Below, in pieces: positions 25,602-38,264 of a stretch of DNA of 64,000 nucleotides; within the stretch, counting starts at the first letter, position 1, and the number at the start of each line of letters is the position of its first letter. The translations under genes and the position numbers were made by a program. The stretch lies in contig FLMG01001065.1 of NCBI GenBank assembly GCA_900088475.1, positions 1-64,000 of the forward strand. The letters are read 5' to 3'. The notes under the pieces were generated by a model. The model was given only the letters and a program-made list of their open reading frames with translations, made no database searches and was not told the origin of the DNA. The DNA is from Hyphochytrium catenoides (Eukaryota; Protista; Hyphochytriomycota).

Positions 25602-26242
25602 GCCCGATGATCTTTCCCTTCCTCCATCTTTTTATTCCGAACAATAGCTTCATGAGCAAGCTTAGAGGGAGGTCTGCTGACTCTCTGGTGATGAAGGTTA
25701 TCGAAGGAAATAGAACAGCGGGTAGTAGGAGGCGCAGAGAGACGATGAGAGACAGTGAGAGAGAGAGAGCGACAGAGAGAGAGAGCGAGAGAGAGAGAGA
25801 GAGAGTATATAGAGTCACCGCAGCCCATGAGAGGAAGAAAGGAGGAACTGTTCTCTGCTGCTCCTCAGGCGCTTTCATTTACTTCTTCTTGGAAAGAGCG
25901 AGACTAGCGCAGATACTCGTGCTCTTCTCCTTTCTCTCCCCCTCTCTACTCTCTCTCTCTCTCTCTCTCTCCTCTCTCTCTTCACAGTCTCTCTGTACAT
26001 CATTTGCTGGGCCGTCTCTCTCTCTCTCTCTCACAGCTCTTCACTTCCCAAACTTCCCTCCAAGTGCAACATCCACACCCAGATCTCTCCCGTTTGGCAG
26101 TCCAAGGAGAACAGCCGAAGGAAAGAAGAAGCGAGAGACGCAAGCACAACGCGACACTCCTCTTTCCCGGTCAATCCTTTAGAAGATAACAAGAGAGCAG
26201 CGCAACTCTCTCTCTCTCTCTCTCTTCAGAACAAAAAGCAAG

Positions 26243-27725
26243 ATGAAGCTCCTTCGTGGCATCACTCTTCCTCTTCTTTCCTCTCTCCTTCTTTTCTCTC
26301 TCTCCTCTTCTGCTTTGGAGAGACGGGAAGAGGGAGAAGAGACAAGACTCATCTCTCTCGAAGAGAACAGTCAAGTTTGGATGACAGAGAGAGAGATCAT
26401 GGACTTGGTAGAGAAAAACATTCCCTTTGTCGATGTAACAGACGGCGTCTGGGACTGGCTAGCGAGCAACTCTCTCTCTTCTTCCGCTTCTTTCTCTGGA
26501 GAAGGAGACAGAGCGCTGGGCTTTCCATCGAAATCTTTCCAGAAACCTTTGATCACGAAGATTATCAAGGCCATCGACACCTCGTTCTTGAAAAGTTTCC
26601 TCGATCAGTTCACAGCTTTCAACAATAGATATTATACCTCGGCCACCGGCCTTCAAAGCGCAGAGTTTCTCTTCAATGAACTGACGAATCTGCAGGAGAG
26701 AGTCGCGAGAGAGAGACCTGATCTCTCTCTTAACGTGACAAAGTTCCAGCACTCGTGGCAGCAATTCTCTGTCATTGCTTCTCTCTCTCCCTCTTCTCCC
26801 CCGGACTCTTCTTCTCTCCCTCTTCCCGGCTCAAGAATCGTCCTTGGCGCCCATCAAGACTCTGTTAACAGTCGAAACCCTTCTAATGGAAGAGCGCCTG
26901 GTTATGACGATGATGGGACGGGATGCGCCAACAATCTGGCGACACTGAGGCTCTTCATAGAGGAGAAGAGCTTTGTACCTGGAAGACCCATTGAGTTCCA
27001 TTTCTATGCTGGTGAGGGGAACAAGATAAAGAGTAGAAGCTCTCGTATCTCTCTTCTACCGCTTTCTCTCTCTCTCCTTGTCCTTCTCTTTCAGGTCTCT
27101 TTTCTCTTTGCTTCTTCATCGCTCTACTCTCTCTCTCTTTCTCTCTCTCCCTTTACCGTTGCTCCTTCTCTCCTTCAATCCTTCCTTTCCTTAGCTTTGA
27201 TTACCGCTTTTATCAACTCATATCGTCGAGGCAAAAGTCAATCTAACTAAATCTCTCGCTCCCTCTCTCTCTCTCTCTCTCTTTCTCTGTCTCTTTCAAA
27301 AAACAGCCGAAGAAGTCGGTCTCCGCGGCAGTCAGAACATTGCCCAGCAGTACCGGACCGATAAGAAAGAAGTGTATGGCATGCTTAACTCTGACATGAC
27401 CGGTTATCCCAGCAATAATCCCGTCTACGCCATCGTCACCGACAACGCTGATCCTTCTCTCACGTCTTTCCTCCGTCTTCTCGCGAGAGAGTACTCCTCT
27501 CTCCCCGTGGTAGACACTCGCTGTGGCTACGCTTGCTCTGACCACGCCAGCTGGAACAGACTTGGCGTCCCTGTGGCGCATCATCATGAGGCGACCATTG
27601 AGACTGACAATCCCAAGATTCACTCTACGGACGATGTGGGAGAGATTCTCTCTCTTAACCATGCTGCAGAGTTCCTGAAGACCACCATTGCCTTCGCTGT
27701 GGAGCTCTCTCTCTACCAGGGATAA
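26243..27725 (+). CDS. Secreted M28-family (LAP1/Aeromonas-type) leucine aminopeptidase
   Basis: Exons 26243-27011 and 27307-27725 join to give FYAAEEVGLRGS. N-terminal signal peptide and Zn-ligand motifs GAHQDS, GYDDDGTG, AEEVG, NSDMTGY, CSDHASW and IHSTDD. Confidence 0.92.
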
Positions 27726-28585
27726 GCAGGAGGACAGTTAAAGGAGAGAGGGGCTTAATGTCTCTCTCTCTCTCTTTGGGCTGGCTTCTCTTCCCATTTT
27801 TGTTGATGTTTGTTTGGTCTTTTCATCAGAAGGAAGCACGCTCATCATCATCAATTTGTATGTCTTTTCTATGGCGTTTTTATAAAATAAAAGAGACGAA
27901 TGCTCTTCCACTATGATTATTGCCGAGAGAAATCAGCTTTGGTTCTTCTTCCTTCCTCTGATGATGATGATCAGAGAGAGAAAGTAGAAAGAGTCTTAGG
28001 ACTCCTTAGCCCTGGTCCTTTCCCTTCTTCTTCGCGACAAAAGAGAGAGAGAGAGATCGAACTAAAGAAAAGTCAATCTCCCGAACGTATCGTCGAAGAG
28101 AATCTACTACTCTCTTTTCACAATGCCTCTGAGTGCCTGAGAGAATAAGTGCCTCTCGCTGAGGATCGTCTCTCTCTCTCTCTCTCTCCTCAAGAGGGGA
28201 TGACACAATGAGTTCTTTTTTGAGATAGAGGACTCTCTCTCTCTCACCACACACACACAAATGCCGCGTAGGGAAAGACATAGATAGCAGAGGAAGAAAG
28301 GAGACGGGAGGGGATAAGAAAAGCGGAAAGTTGTTCAATATTCTCTTGCCTGTAGGCTTTCTTTAGCTTCTTTTCTTCGCCATCGTTTCCCCTCTCCTGC
28401 GGGTTCAGCTCCATCCATCGGCCCCAGGAAGGACTAATATAATGGTCAGTCTTCTCTCTTCCCTCTCCTTTGATGTTGGTCTTAAGTAACCTATGGAGAG
28501 AGGAACTTCATCGTGATGACAAGTTTCCGGTCCAAGGCAATGATGCTCTTGAGAAGAAAAGAAAGAGAATATTGTTAGAGGTGAG

Positions 28586-28638
<53 letters not shown>

Positions 28639-29126
28639 TCAGAGAGAGGAGTGGCGAATGGGGGGTGGGGGGAGAGTGAGAGTGACCGAAAGACGAGAGG
28701 AGAGAGATAGAAGGAGAGAGCGACGGAAGAGAAAGGGAGAAAAGGGATTGGGGGAGAGAGAGAGAGAGAATGAAGGAGAGAGAGAGAGTTCAAATAGACC
28801 GGTATTGATGATAATCTAGCTCTCTCTTTATGTGAAACAAATATGCTATACTATGGACAAAAAATAAGTAGAATGAAGGGAAGAGCTTGGACAAGGAACA
28901 TGCTAAAGAGGAATGAGAGGGAGAAAGTCATGCTGAAAATGGCCTTCTGCCTTCATTCTTATGATGAAGAAAAGAGAAGAGAGAGAGGGAGAGAGTAACA
29001 CAGAACAGAGTCTTAGATCCATTCACGATGATGCCTGCTGGCTGCGTAGCAAGCGAGCGAGACAGAATGCGGGAGAAAGAAGAAAAAGCGGTAGGGAGAA
29101 AGAGAGAGAGAGAGAAAGAGAGAGAC

Positions 29127-29414
29127 ACCTCCCTACTCCTTACTCGGAGTAGGCAAACATCACCAAGCTTGATGCCATAATCAGCATCCCTAGGACAATG
29201 CCTTTGGTGCAGATCTTGAGAAAGAAGAGAAAGAGGGAGGAAGAGAAAGAGAGAGAGAGAGAGAGCGAGAGAGAGACAGAGAAACAGAGAGACACTTCCC
29301 TACTCCTTACTCGGAGTAGGCAAACATCACCAAGCTTGATGCCATTATCAGCATCCCTAAGACAATGCCCTTGGTGCAGATCTTGAGAAAGAAGAGAAAG
29401 AGGGAGGAAGAGAA

Positions 29415-29445
<31 letters not shown>

Positions 29446-29550
29446 GAGAAAGAGAGAGACACCTCCCTACTCCTTACTCGGAGTAGGCAAACATCACCAA
29501 GCTTGATGCCATTATCAGCATCCCTAAGACAATGCCCTTGGTGCAGATCT
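29127..29550. repeat. Three tandem 167-bp units covering the ZIP gene 3' end
   Basis: The last 24 codons plus stop occur at 29474-29548 (gene copy), 29307-29381 and 29140-29214. Confidence 0.9.
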
Positions 29551-30706
29551 TATTCTTCGGATCGAGAGAGAACGCGGACGGCAGCAGTTCCTGCACCACC
29601 ACCATCGTCATCATCCCGCCCACGACCCCAAATAACCAGCCAAAGGTAGCTCCAGAGATGGTGTTGTCTCCTCCGCTGGCAGAGAGAAAGATCCAGGCCA
29701 GAAAGGCGCCAAAAGGCTCAGCAAACGTGGCGACAAGCGACCAAAGACAGGCTTTTGTCTTGCTTCCCGTGCTGCAGTAGACAGGAACCGCAATGGCAAA
29801 GCCTTCAGGGACATTATGTATGGCGATGGCAAGGGCGATGGCGGCGCCAATCTGAAAGTTGTCAATGGCGCCAACATAGGTGGCGAAGCCTTCAGGAACA
29901 TTATGCAGGCCAATGGCAATGGCAGCCATTATCCCTACCTTCTTGAGGTCAGCAAACTGCCTTTCTCTCTTCTCTCCTGCTCCAACGCCGTCTCCTCCTG
30001 CTGCTGCCGCTGGGTCGTCTTTCTTCATACTTCTAGGGTTATAGCCGGACTCTCTCCTGCTCATTCTTCCCTCTTCTTGCTGCTGATAGCTAGTCATCGG
30101 GGAAGCGGCGTAGCCCTGATGAGGGAGAGACGAGTCATCGGCCGGAGGAGAGAGAAGCATGCTCAGTCTTGGGGCGTGGGCGTGCTCCCCGTCATCGTGG
30201 ATAAACTTATGGATGAGCAGGTCCAAGAGAGAGATCAGCGCCATTCCTACGAAATAAGCGATCGTAGAGCACAGCGTTGCCTTTCCTAGGGAATAGCCAT
30301 AGGTCTCAAAGTGCTCTACAGAGTGAGTCAGAATGTCAACGAGAGAGACATAAAGCATCACGCCTCCAGCGAGAGAGAGAGCGCCTGCCACAAAGAGGTC
30401 AGAGCCCGCTGTCTTCGCCTGCAGATGCTTTGTACAGAAGATAATGCTCGCGCCCACGAGAGAGAAAGCGCCCGCGCCGAACGCAAGGCCAAAAGCAGCG
30501 CCAACGCTTCCTTTCATCTCTCGTCCTGCTTCTCCTGTCATTGTGTCTAAGGTTTGTTGCTCAATTTGCTGCTGTTGCATGCCATCATCGGGAAAGGGGA
30601 AGGCAGATCCTCCGCTGCCGCCGCCAATTTGCTGCTGTTGGGCCGCCTGTTGGAGGTGGCGAGAGAGGCCGACAAGGACGGAAGAGTAAGAAATAGGTGG
30701 GAACAT
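29474..30706 (-). CDS. ZIP-family (ZupT/ZIP11-like) zinc/iron transporter
   Basis: Single 410-aa ORF with LSLAGGVMLYVS, a His-containing loop, TM4 HNVPEGFA, TM5 HNVPEGFAIA, AEPFGA, and GGMMTMVVVQELLP. Confidence 0.93.
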   Translation of the reverse strand: MFPPISYSSVLVGLSRHLQQAAQQQQIGGGSGGSAFPFPDDGMQQQQIEQQTLDTMTGEAGREMKGSVGAAFGLAFGAGAFSLVGASIIFCTKHLQAKTAGSDLFVAGALSLAGGVMLYVSLVDILTHSVEHFETYGYSLGKATLCSTIAYFVGMALISLLDLLIHKFIHDDGEHAHAPRLSMLLSPPADDSSLPHQGYAASPMTSYQQQEEGRMSRRESGYNPRSMKKDDPAAAAGGDGVGAGEKRERQFADLKKVGIMAAIAIGLHNVPEGFATYVGAIDNFQIGAAIALAIAIHNVPEGFAIAVPVYCSTGSKTKACLWSLVATFAEPFGAFLAWIFLSASGGDNTISGATFGWLFGVVGGMMTMVVVQELLPSAFSLDPKNKICTKGIVLGMLIMASSLVMFAYSE

Positions 30707-31189
30707 GATGTTTCTTGCTTCTTCTTCTCTCTTGTCGGCAGTGAGAGAAAAAGAGAGAGAGGGCAGAGACGTAGACAGAGAGAGAGAGAGAGGAAAAGAA
30801 GACCTAACTGGTCGTCAAAGGTAGGGCTTTGTGCGCTGCTACGTTTGCGAGCTGAGCGCAGAGAAGTTTTGCCACCCGGCGATGGGCTGTTGAGCAATAG
30901 CAGAGATTGCAAAGTGAGAGAGAAAGAAGCCATCTTCATCGGTCCCTCTCTCCCGTTCCTCTTCTGTCTCCTCTCTTTCTCTCTTGTCATCCTGGCATCC
31001 TCCTCCTTCGCTTTCTGAGTGACGGCCGGTCATCTGTTTTGTCCTCTTTCCGATGCGATGAGTCCAACCAAGCGAATAGAAGGAGGCTCGTTGAGGCCAT
31101 AGGAAGTACCAAGAGAAGGTGAAGAGGATAGATGGGCAGAAGAGCTGGAGAAAGAGAGAGAGCGAAAGAGGGAGAGAAAGAGAGAGAGA

Positions 31190-31574
31190 GAGAAAAGTAT
31201 TCTGAGTAGCAGAAAGAGGAAATCGCTCGCCAGGCGCAGAGAGTTGACTACCAAGAGTTCTCTTCTCACACCAGGGCAGAAAGGAAAACGTTGTTGGGAA
31301 CTGCAGGGTTCTGCTGATGGCCTCTTTTCCGCAACTTCTACTGTGCTCTCTCTCTCTCTCTCTCTCTCTCGCTTTCTTCTCCTTCTCTCTCTAGCTTTTT
31401 TTTCTCTCTCTCCCTCCCTCTCGTCATGCGTATCCTGAGAAGCAGAAAGAGAAGAAAGCTAGCCAGGCGCAGAGAGTAGACGACTAAGTTTCGTCCCACG
31501 GCAGGGCATAAAGGAGAAGGTTGTTGGGAACTGCAGCGTTCTGCTGATGGCCTCTCTTCTGCAACTTCTACTGT

Positions 31575-31633
<59 letters not shown>

Positions 31634-31813
31634 AGGTTTTCTCTCTCTCCCTCTCGTCATGCGCATGCTAAGTGGCAGCAAGAGGAAAGAAGCTCGCCAG
31701 GCGCAGAGAGTAGACTACCAAGAGCGAGCTCTCCTCCCACAACAGGGCAGAAGTGAGGACGTTTGTTGGGAACTGCAGGGTTCTGCTGATGGCCTCTCTT
31801 CCGCAACTTCTAC

Positions 31814-31844
<31 letters not shown>

Positions 31845-31915
31845 CCACTCACTCTTTCTCCCTCCCTCTCTCTCTTCTCTTCTCTTCTCTTCTCTCTCTC
31901 CCCCTCTCATGCGCT
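31190..31915. repeat. Three diverged tandem ~235-bp units upstream of the ZIP gene
   Basis: The core GCCAGGCGCAGAGAG...TTGTTGGGAACTGCAG(G/C)GTTCTGCTGATGGCCTCT..CAACTTCTACTG(T/C)GCTCTC is repeated at ~31229, ~31462 and ~31696. Confidence 0.85.
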
Positions 31916-32635
31916 TCATCCTTCATCGATCTCCGTCTCTCCCATTGCCCCTGGTGGTCGGACAATCATCGGTCTTCGTTGTCATTGCACCAGAAAACTG
32001 CACCAACAATGCGCCAACGACGGCAGAAACGGCGCCGCCCAATAAAAGTGAGTTATGTTTCTGCATAAAACTAAAAAAGAAAAGGGGTCAGACACCTTTC
32101 GGCCGAAAGTGAAAAGGAAATCTGGTCACTTAGAGTTATCGCCGCAGGAAGGCAACAACGTGATATTAGTTTAGCAAGAACCCCTTAGATTTGGTATGCG
32201 GTCCTTTCGTCTCTTTTCATTTACCTTTTACTACCGTAATAAATATGTTGAGTTTCCCTAACCTCTTGTATATCTTTTGAGCTAGTCTCGGGTTTGATCG
32301 CTAATTTAGGGCTTTTTCCCTGCTAATGTCGCGTTGGGCTTCTTCTCCGACATTTCTTGAAATAAACCACACTCCCCAATATTCCAGTATTTTATCAAGG
32401 TAGCGCAAGCGCGTTTTGTAAAGAGTCACTGTTAGAACTATATTTATTTTTTTCAGAGATTTCTAGGTTCATGTAGCCTTATTTCTTCCCAAATAAGAAC
32501 AGTAAGAATTTTTGACTTCCCAACACAAGAACAGAGCAAAAAAATAGAGAGAAAGCCCTAGACTGCTGTGTATTCTGGTGTAATACTATAAAGTAAGTAA
32601 TATTAAGTATTGTACCCTAATAAGCTGCCTAATAA

Positions 32636-32990
32636 ACTCTTCTTCTTCTTCTTCTCTTTCTGCTTCGTCTTCTTCTTCTATTTCTCCTTCTGCGTCTTCT
32701 TCTTCTTCTTCTTCTTCTCCTTCTCCGTCTTGTCCTCCTTCTTCTTCTGCTGCTGCGTCTTCTGCTTATTCTTCTTCTTCTTCTCCGTCTTCTTCTTCTT
32801 CTTCTTCTTCTCCGTCTTCTTCTTCTTCTTCTTCTTCTTCTTCTCTTTCTTCTTCTTCTTCTTCTTCTTCTTCTTCTTCTTCTTCTTCTTCTTCTCTTGC
32901 TTCTTCTTCTTCTTCTTCTTCTTCTTCTTCTTCTTCTTCTTCTTCTTCTTCTTCTTCTTCTTCTTCTTCTTCTTCTTCTTCTTCTTCTCC
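32636..32990. repeat. Long (TTC)n trinucleotide microsatellite
   Basis: About 350 bp of TTC repeat with a few interruptions. Confidence 0.95.
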
Positions 32991-33755
32991 GGCCTGTCGT
33001 TGATTCTTCAGCGGATCGCGGGGTAGCTCCTCCCATTGTCGTTCATCAGCTTGGTCATCAGCTTGGCTGGCTTTGTCTCTATCATTCTTTGCCCACATAT
33101 GAGAATGACTCAGTCCATAGGATGCCGACTAAAGGCTGAGGAAGTCGAACCTCGTCATCGGTAACGCTACAGAGATATCCCTCGCTCTGGGCACCAGGAG
33201 GTCCTTCACTCTCATTGTTGAGCTTTGTATTCTCTCTTGTTGTTGCTGCTGTGCTCATTGCTCTTCTTCCCGTCAACGCGGAGTCCCTGTATGCTAAGCT
33301 TGTAGGGGATAGGCTTATATCCCAGCTCAACCGAGTCCGCAGGCATTATGGAGACGAAGATGAGAATGATGAACAAGAGTGAGAAGAGTAGGCTGCCCAG
33401 GCTCTGGCATCCATGGAAAGCTATGGCCGAAGAGAAAGAAGGAGCAGAAACAAAGACCAGTGCCATTGAGGAGAAACGAAGAAACGTTGATCTTCCTCGA
33501 ACAACTAGAAATGAGATAAGACAATCATCTTCTCTGTCACTGCGTGGCCGGCGTAAGTCCCTGCTTCCTCGGTCTTCCTTTCTTTCTGGCCAGTTCGTTG
33601 TTTCTCTTGTTCTCTTCGCCTTCTCAGTAGTCTGCTGGGCATTGCTGAACAGTTGCTTGATAATAAGGGGCCACTCAGCCGCAATATAGGGAATTCTTAT
33701 AAAAGGTCAATAGAAGTAAACTGGCAATGAAACTTTTCTTTGTTGACGACTGCTC

Positions 33756-33804
<49 letters not shown>

Positions 33805-33896
33805 CTCGCCCGCTCGCTCTCACTCTCTCCGTCTGTCTCTTCTTTCTCTCTCTCGCCCCGCTCGCTCACTCGCTGCTACTCTTCCTCCTCTACTGT

Positions 33897-35174
33897 TCAG
33901 CTCTCAGGTCTCACGGCCTTCTTGCCGCCGCCGCCTGCGCCCGCTTCTTGTTGGCGCGCGATGGCTCTCCGCACCGTCTTTCTATAAAAACGTTGAAATG
34001 GATCCATTAAGAGCTTGAAGACTTCCATGGCCGCAGGATCCCAGAAGTTAGGAGCTCTGCCTCTGGAATCCTGGTAGAGCGCGATGAGCTGCCGCCGCAA
34101 TGAGGCAGAGATGTTGATCTCCATAATGGCGTGCGGCGCAATAAAGAGCTCCATTATCTTGGCACTAATCTGCTCTCTCTCCTGATCTGTCGACGCCTTG
34201 CGCGCTTTGTCTGTCATCTTGATGAAGGCGATGTTCTCCACACAGAGCTCTTGCACGAGGTATTCCATAAACGCCTCTACGATCGTTTCGCGCTGGAGAA
34301 GGAGCTGTCGAAGATCCTCTGGGCTGCTCACACTCTTGAGCTCTACCAGTTGCTGCTCATGCGTAATGATCATGGCTCCACCGCTTGTCTTTCTCCCTGC
34401 TGCGGCTGGGAAAGATGCCTCTTGGACCACGGTGGCTCCTGATGCTGAGGTTAGCAGGGACAGACCGCCTGCTGCTCCTGCTCCACTCGATTTCTCGCCA
34501 ATACTGTTGAAGGAGACAGTCTTCTCGTTCTCATAGCGGTAAGAGTCATACAGCGCAGAGATAGAGATCAGCCAGGTGACCAGATGGTTCGCAAAGGAAA
34601 AGACGAGGATGGAGAGACCGTAGACAGGTGTGAAGGCCTTGGGCCCGATGAGGCTGAAGCTGATGGGGATGCTGTCCACGAAGACAAAGCCAACGAGCAT
34701 CACGAGCGACGCCTTGATGAAGCGGCCTTTCATGTTGAAGGCTTCTTTTACATCTTTCAGGAGGAAGAGAGCCGCTGCGGCAATACCTAGATTGAAAGAG
34801 ATCGACGTGCTGATCCCAAGGGGCGTCTTCCATGATTCAGAAGAGAGAGAGAGAGAAGAGAAAGAAACAGAGAGAAAGAGAAAGAGAGAGGAGGAAAGAA
34901 AGAAGAGAAGAGAAGAAGAAGAGAGGTCAGCTCATAATCGCAGCGATACGGTCAAGGCAGAAAGCACTGTCAATGAAGTAGAGACGCAGAGAAGAGGATG
35001 ATGGACTAGAAGACAAGGGATAAGAGCTACGGATAAGAGATCACGAGGAGGAAGAGCATTGTGGAAGAGTGAAAGCGTCCTCCTAGAACTCGGGTGGAGA
35101 AGGAGAAACAATAGCAGCAACCGCAGGGAATGAGCGAGAAAAAGGAAGAGAAGAGAAGAGAAGAAGGAGAGGGG

Positions 35175-35208
<34 letters not shown>

Positions 35209-35293
35209 GAGATGAGAGAAAAAAGAGAGAGAGACACAGAGAGAGAGACACATACACACACACACAGACAGAGACAGAGACAGAGACATTGAC

Positions 35294-35348
<55 letters not shown>

Positions 35349-36544
35349 CAGAGACAGAGACAGAGAGCGACAGAGAGAGCGAGAGAGAGAGAACTCACAT
35401 CAATATCCTGAAAGTTGTTACACTCTGCGCTAAGCAGTGACTTGTTCCAGTGACCCCAGGTCCTGGCCGCTCTCGGAAGGACACCGAGCCAGGTCCAGGC
35501 CCAGGAGACTGCTGCCGCGGGGCCAATCACCTTATAACTGCTCAGAAGCTGATAGTGAACCACAAAGAAGCTTGACGTGTTGCCCACCAGGACTTCTTTG
35601 CTATAGCGGCTGTCCAGCCAGAGCTTGTAGATAAGATAGAGGATGATGAACATCGTCGGCACCAGAGGAATGTCCCAGAAGAGCAGACTGACCCAGCACG
35701 GGACAGACTCTCCGCCCGTGGTGATGGGCAGAGCGGCGTGCCAGACCGTGAACGGCGTGAGGAGCTCCTGCGCGATGATCACCTTCATATTCAGCCTGGT
35801 GAAGGGGAACATGTTCCTTCTCTTATACATTTGATAGGCGGAGACAGGAGAGATGATGAAGCCAATGAAGACCATGAAGACGCCAGGATAGTGGCACCAC
35901 CAGATGTCCATCGCCGAGTCATTCAACGCCGCTGGAGCCTCCGTAGGAGCCACGTCCGTGGTGGTTGGGACAGGAGAAGGAACAGAAGAAGAAGAAGGCG
36001 TCGTGGTGGTGGGAGAAACATCGGCCATCCTGTCCTCTCCTGCTGCAGTGTTATCGTGGGTTTGAAGAAGAGAGAGAGAACGTGACGACGAGGGAGGAGC
36101 GTCTCTCTTTTCCTTGTTTTCCTTTTGATCATCAGTCTTTTCTTCTTTCTCTTCTTCTTCTTCTTTTTCTAGAGCTTTGTTGACCTGGAGCAGCTCTTCT
36201 TCTTCTTCTTTCCTGCAGCGGAAGGGCAGGTCTGCTCCATCTTCTACCTTCCGCTTCCATGTGCCAAACGGCCAGGAGAAGGTAGAGAAGAGAGAGAGCG
36301 CACTTGCAGAGGAGGCAGCGGTGTCTTCTTGGGGAGAAAAAGAGGAAGATAAGCAGTCTCTCTCCTTCTCTCCACCAGTAGCGTGATAATAGTGTGGGAG
36401 ATAGCGGAATGCGAGAGAAGTGGGGAGAGACGAGAAGAGGAAGAAGAGAGAGACAAAAAGAAAGAGGAGAAGAGAAGAAAGAGGGAAGCCTCTCCGGCGA
36501 AGAAGAGAGAACCTTGATGACGAGAAAGACTTTGTCGCTTCCAT
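33897..36544 (-). CDS. 7TM-RGS protein with a signal peptide and Thr/Pro/Ser-rich ectodomain, copy B
   Basis: Exons 36544-35399 and 34826-33897. The intron position matches intron 2 of copy A (31 codons before MKGR/MKKR in both). Seven hydrophobic segments, then RGS motifs AFMEYLVQELCVENIAF, FIAPHAIMEINIS and FWDPAAMEVFKLLMDPFQRF. Confidence 0.85.
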
Positions 36545-36746
36545 TATTCTGTTCCTGGTCGCTAGTCGAGTCTCTCTCTTTCTCTCTCTCTCCCCTTTGC
36601 CTATTGCCTTTGAGCACTTCAAGCAGTGGATGCTGACCGGGAGAGAGCTCACTTCGAAGTCTCTCTTGACTTACGCGGCGCTTGGAAAGAGGACGAGTAG
36701 CTCTCCCTTCGGGGAGCAACGAGACTTTCTGCCCTCTTTCTCTGTC

Positions 36747-36786
<40 letters not shown>

Positions 36787-37118
36787 CCTCTTTCGTACGC
36801 TCACTGCCCAGCATGCAACGGCAGCAAGAGATCACTTCTTCAAAGAGCTAGCTTAGCTTCAGCCAGCGAGCAGAGAAGAGAGAAAGAGAAGGAGAAAGAG
36901 AAGGAAAGAGAGAAGAGGGATGAAGAGTTAGAGAGAACAGATGAGCACGCGAGAGAGGCCTGGAGCAAAGCGTTACCCTGCCTGGAAGGCCGCCTCCCAT
37001 AGGACGTATGGCAGACAGAAGGAGGAAGGGAAGGTGCCCTCATCATAAACGAGGAGAGGAAAAGAACTAGAAAGAAACATCACCGCTCTTCTCTCTCCTT
37101 TTCTCTTGGGGGAAAGGA

Positions 37119-37160
<42 letters not shown>

Positions 37161-37941
37161 CGTCATTGCAGATCACTTTCTTCCTTTTCTTCTTCTTCAG
37201 CAGGATGATTAGGAGGCCCCTGTGAGGCAGAGAAGAGCCAACACCCCGGAGAGACCGAGTAGAACGAAAGGAAGAAACCTCTCGGTTGCAGTGCCTTGGT
37301 GATGGGAGGATGTGCCTGTTTCCTAGTCTCTCTTCTTTCTCTCTCTCTCTCTCTCTTTCTCTCTCTTTCAAAGGGATCGCCAGGTGGGGAGGACGGAGGA
37401 ACCCAAGAGGAACGCGCCGCCTGTTTGCAGGACCGGCGGGAGGAACAGAAGAGGGAAGAGATCCTCCTCCCCGCGGTGATGGGACCGACGGTTGTCCCTC
37501 TCCTCCAACGAGACGCACCACCGCCTTCCGCTGTCTTAATCTTCTTGGTGTCCGTTGCAAGTTTCTTGTGGACGGGGGGTGGGTGTGTCCCCCCTGGCCT
37601 CCCCGTGTCTCCCCTTCCCTCTTTCTCTTTGTCTCTCTTTCTCTCTCTTCTCTCTCTTTCTCCTCTTTCTCTCCCACTAACTTTCCTGCCTCTCTCTCTC
37701 GTTCTCTTTCTCACTCTCTCTCTCTCTCTCCCTTCTTGTCTCACTGCATCTCTCCTCTCTCTCTCTCTCTTCTTCTCTCACTCTCTCACTCTCCTCTCTC
37801 TCTTTCTCACTCTCTCTCTCTCTCTCTCCCTTCTTGTCTCACTCACTCCATCTCTCCTCTCTCTCTCTCTCTCTCTTCTTCTCTCACTCTCTCACTCTCC
37901 TCTCTCTCTTTCTCTCTCTCTTTCTCTCCCTTCTTTTCTCA

Positions 37942-37972
<31 letters not shown>

Positions 37973-38208
37973 TTTCTCTTGCCATAAGGGTTGACAGCTT
38001 TTGCAGCAGTCTGCTACGTCCGTTACATGGGCGTGGTGGCTCTTTCTTCTTTCTCTCTCTTCTTTCTCTTATTTTGTCTCTGCCGTTCAGTCTCTTCTCC
38101 CTAGCGGCGCGCCATCTTTGTCGTTGGTGAGGCACACTCCCTGCCTCTTTTCTCAGCCATAATGGGTGGCAAAGGAGTGTGAGCAGACATCAAGACAGGA
38201 GAGAAAAA

Positions 38209-38264
<56 letters not shown>

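Noticed and set aside
24578-25828. 416-aa ORF and many similar SLSLSL/RERERE ORFs across the window
   Set aside because: They are stop-free only because of CT/AG repeats and contain no domains.
29127-31915. Regularly spaced repeats as a CRISPR-like array
   Set aside because: Eukaryotic context, units of 167-235 bp that are homologous throughout, no unique spacers and no cas genes.
32610-33139. Poly-Phe/Arg/Glu/Leu ORFs
   Set aside because: These are translations of a (TTC)n microsatellite, with no evidence of coding function.
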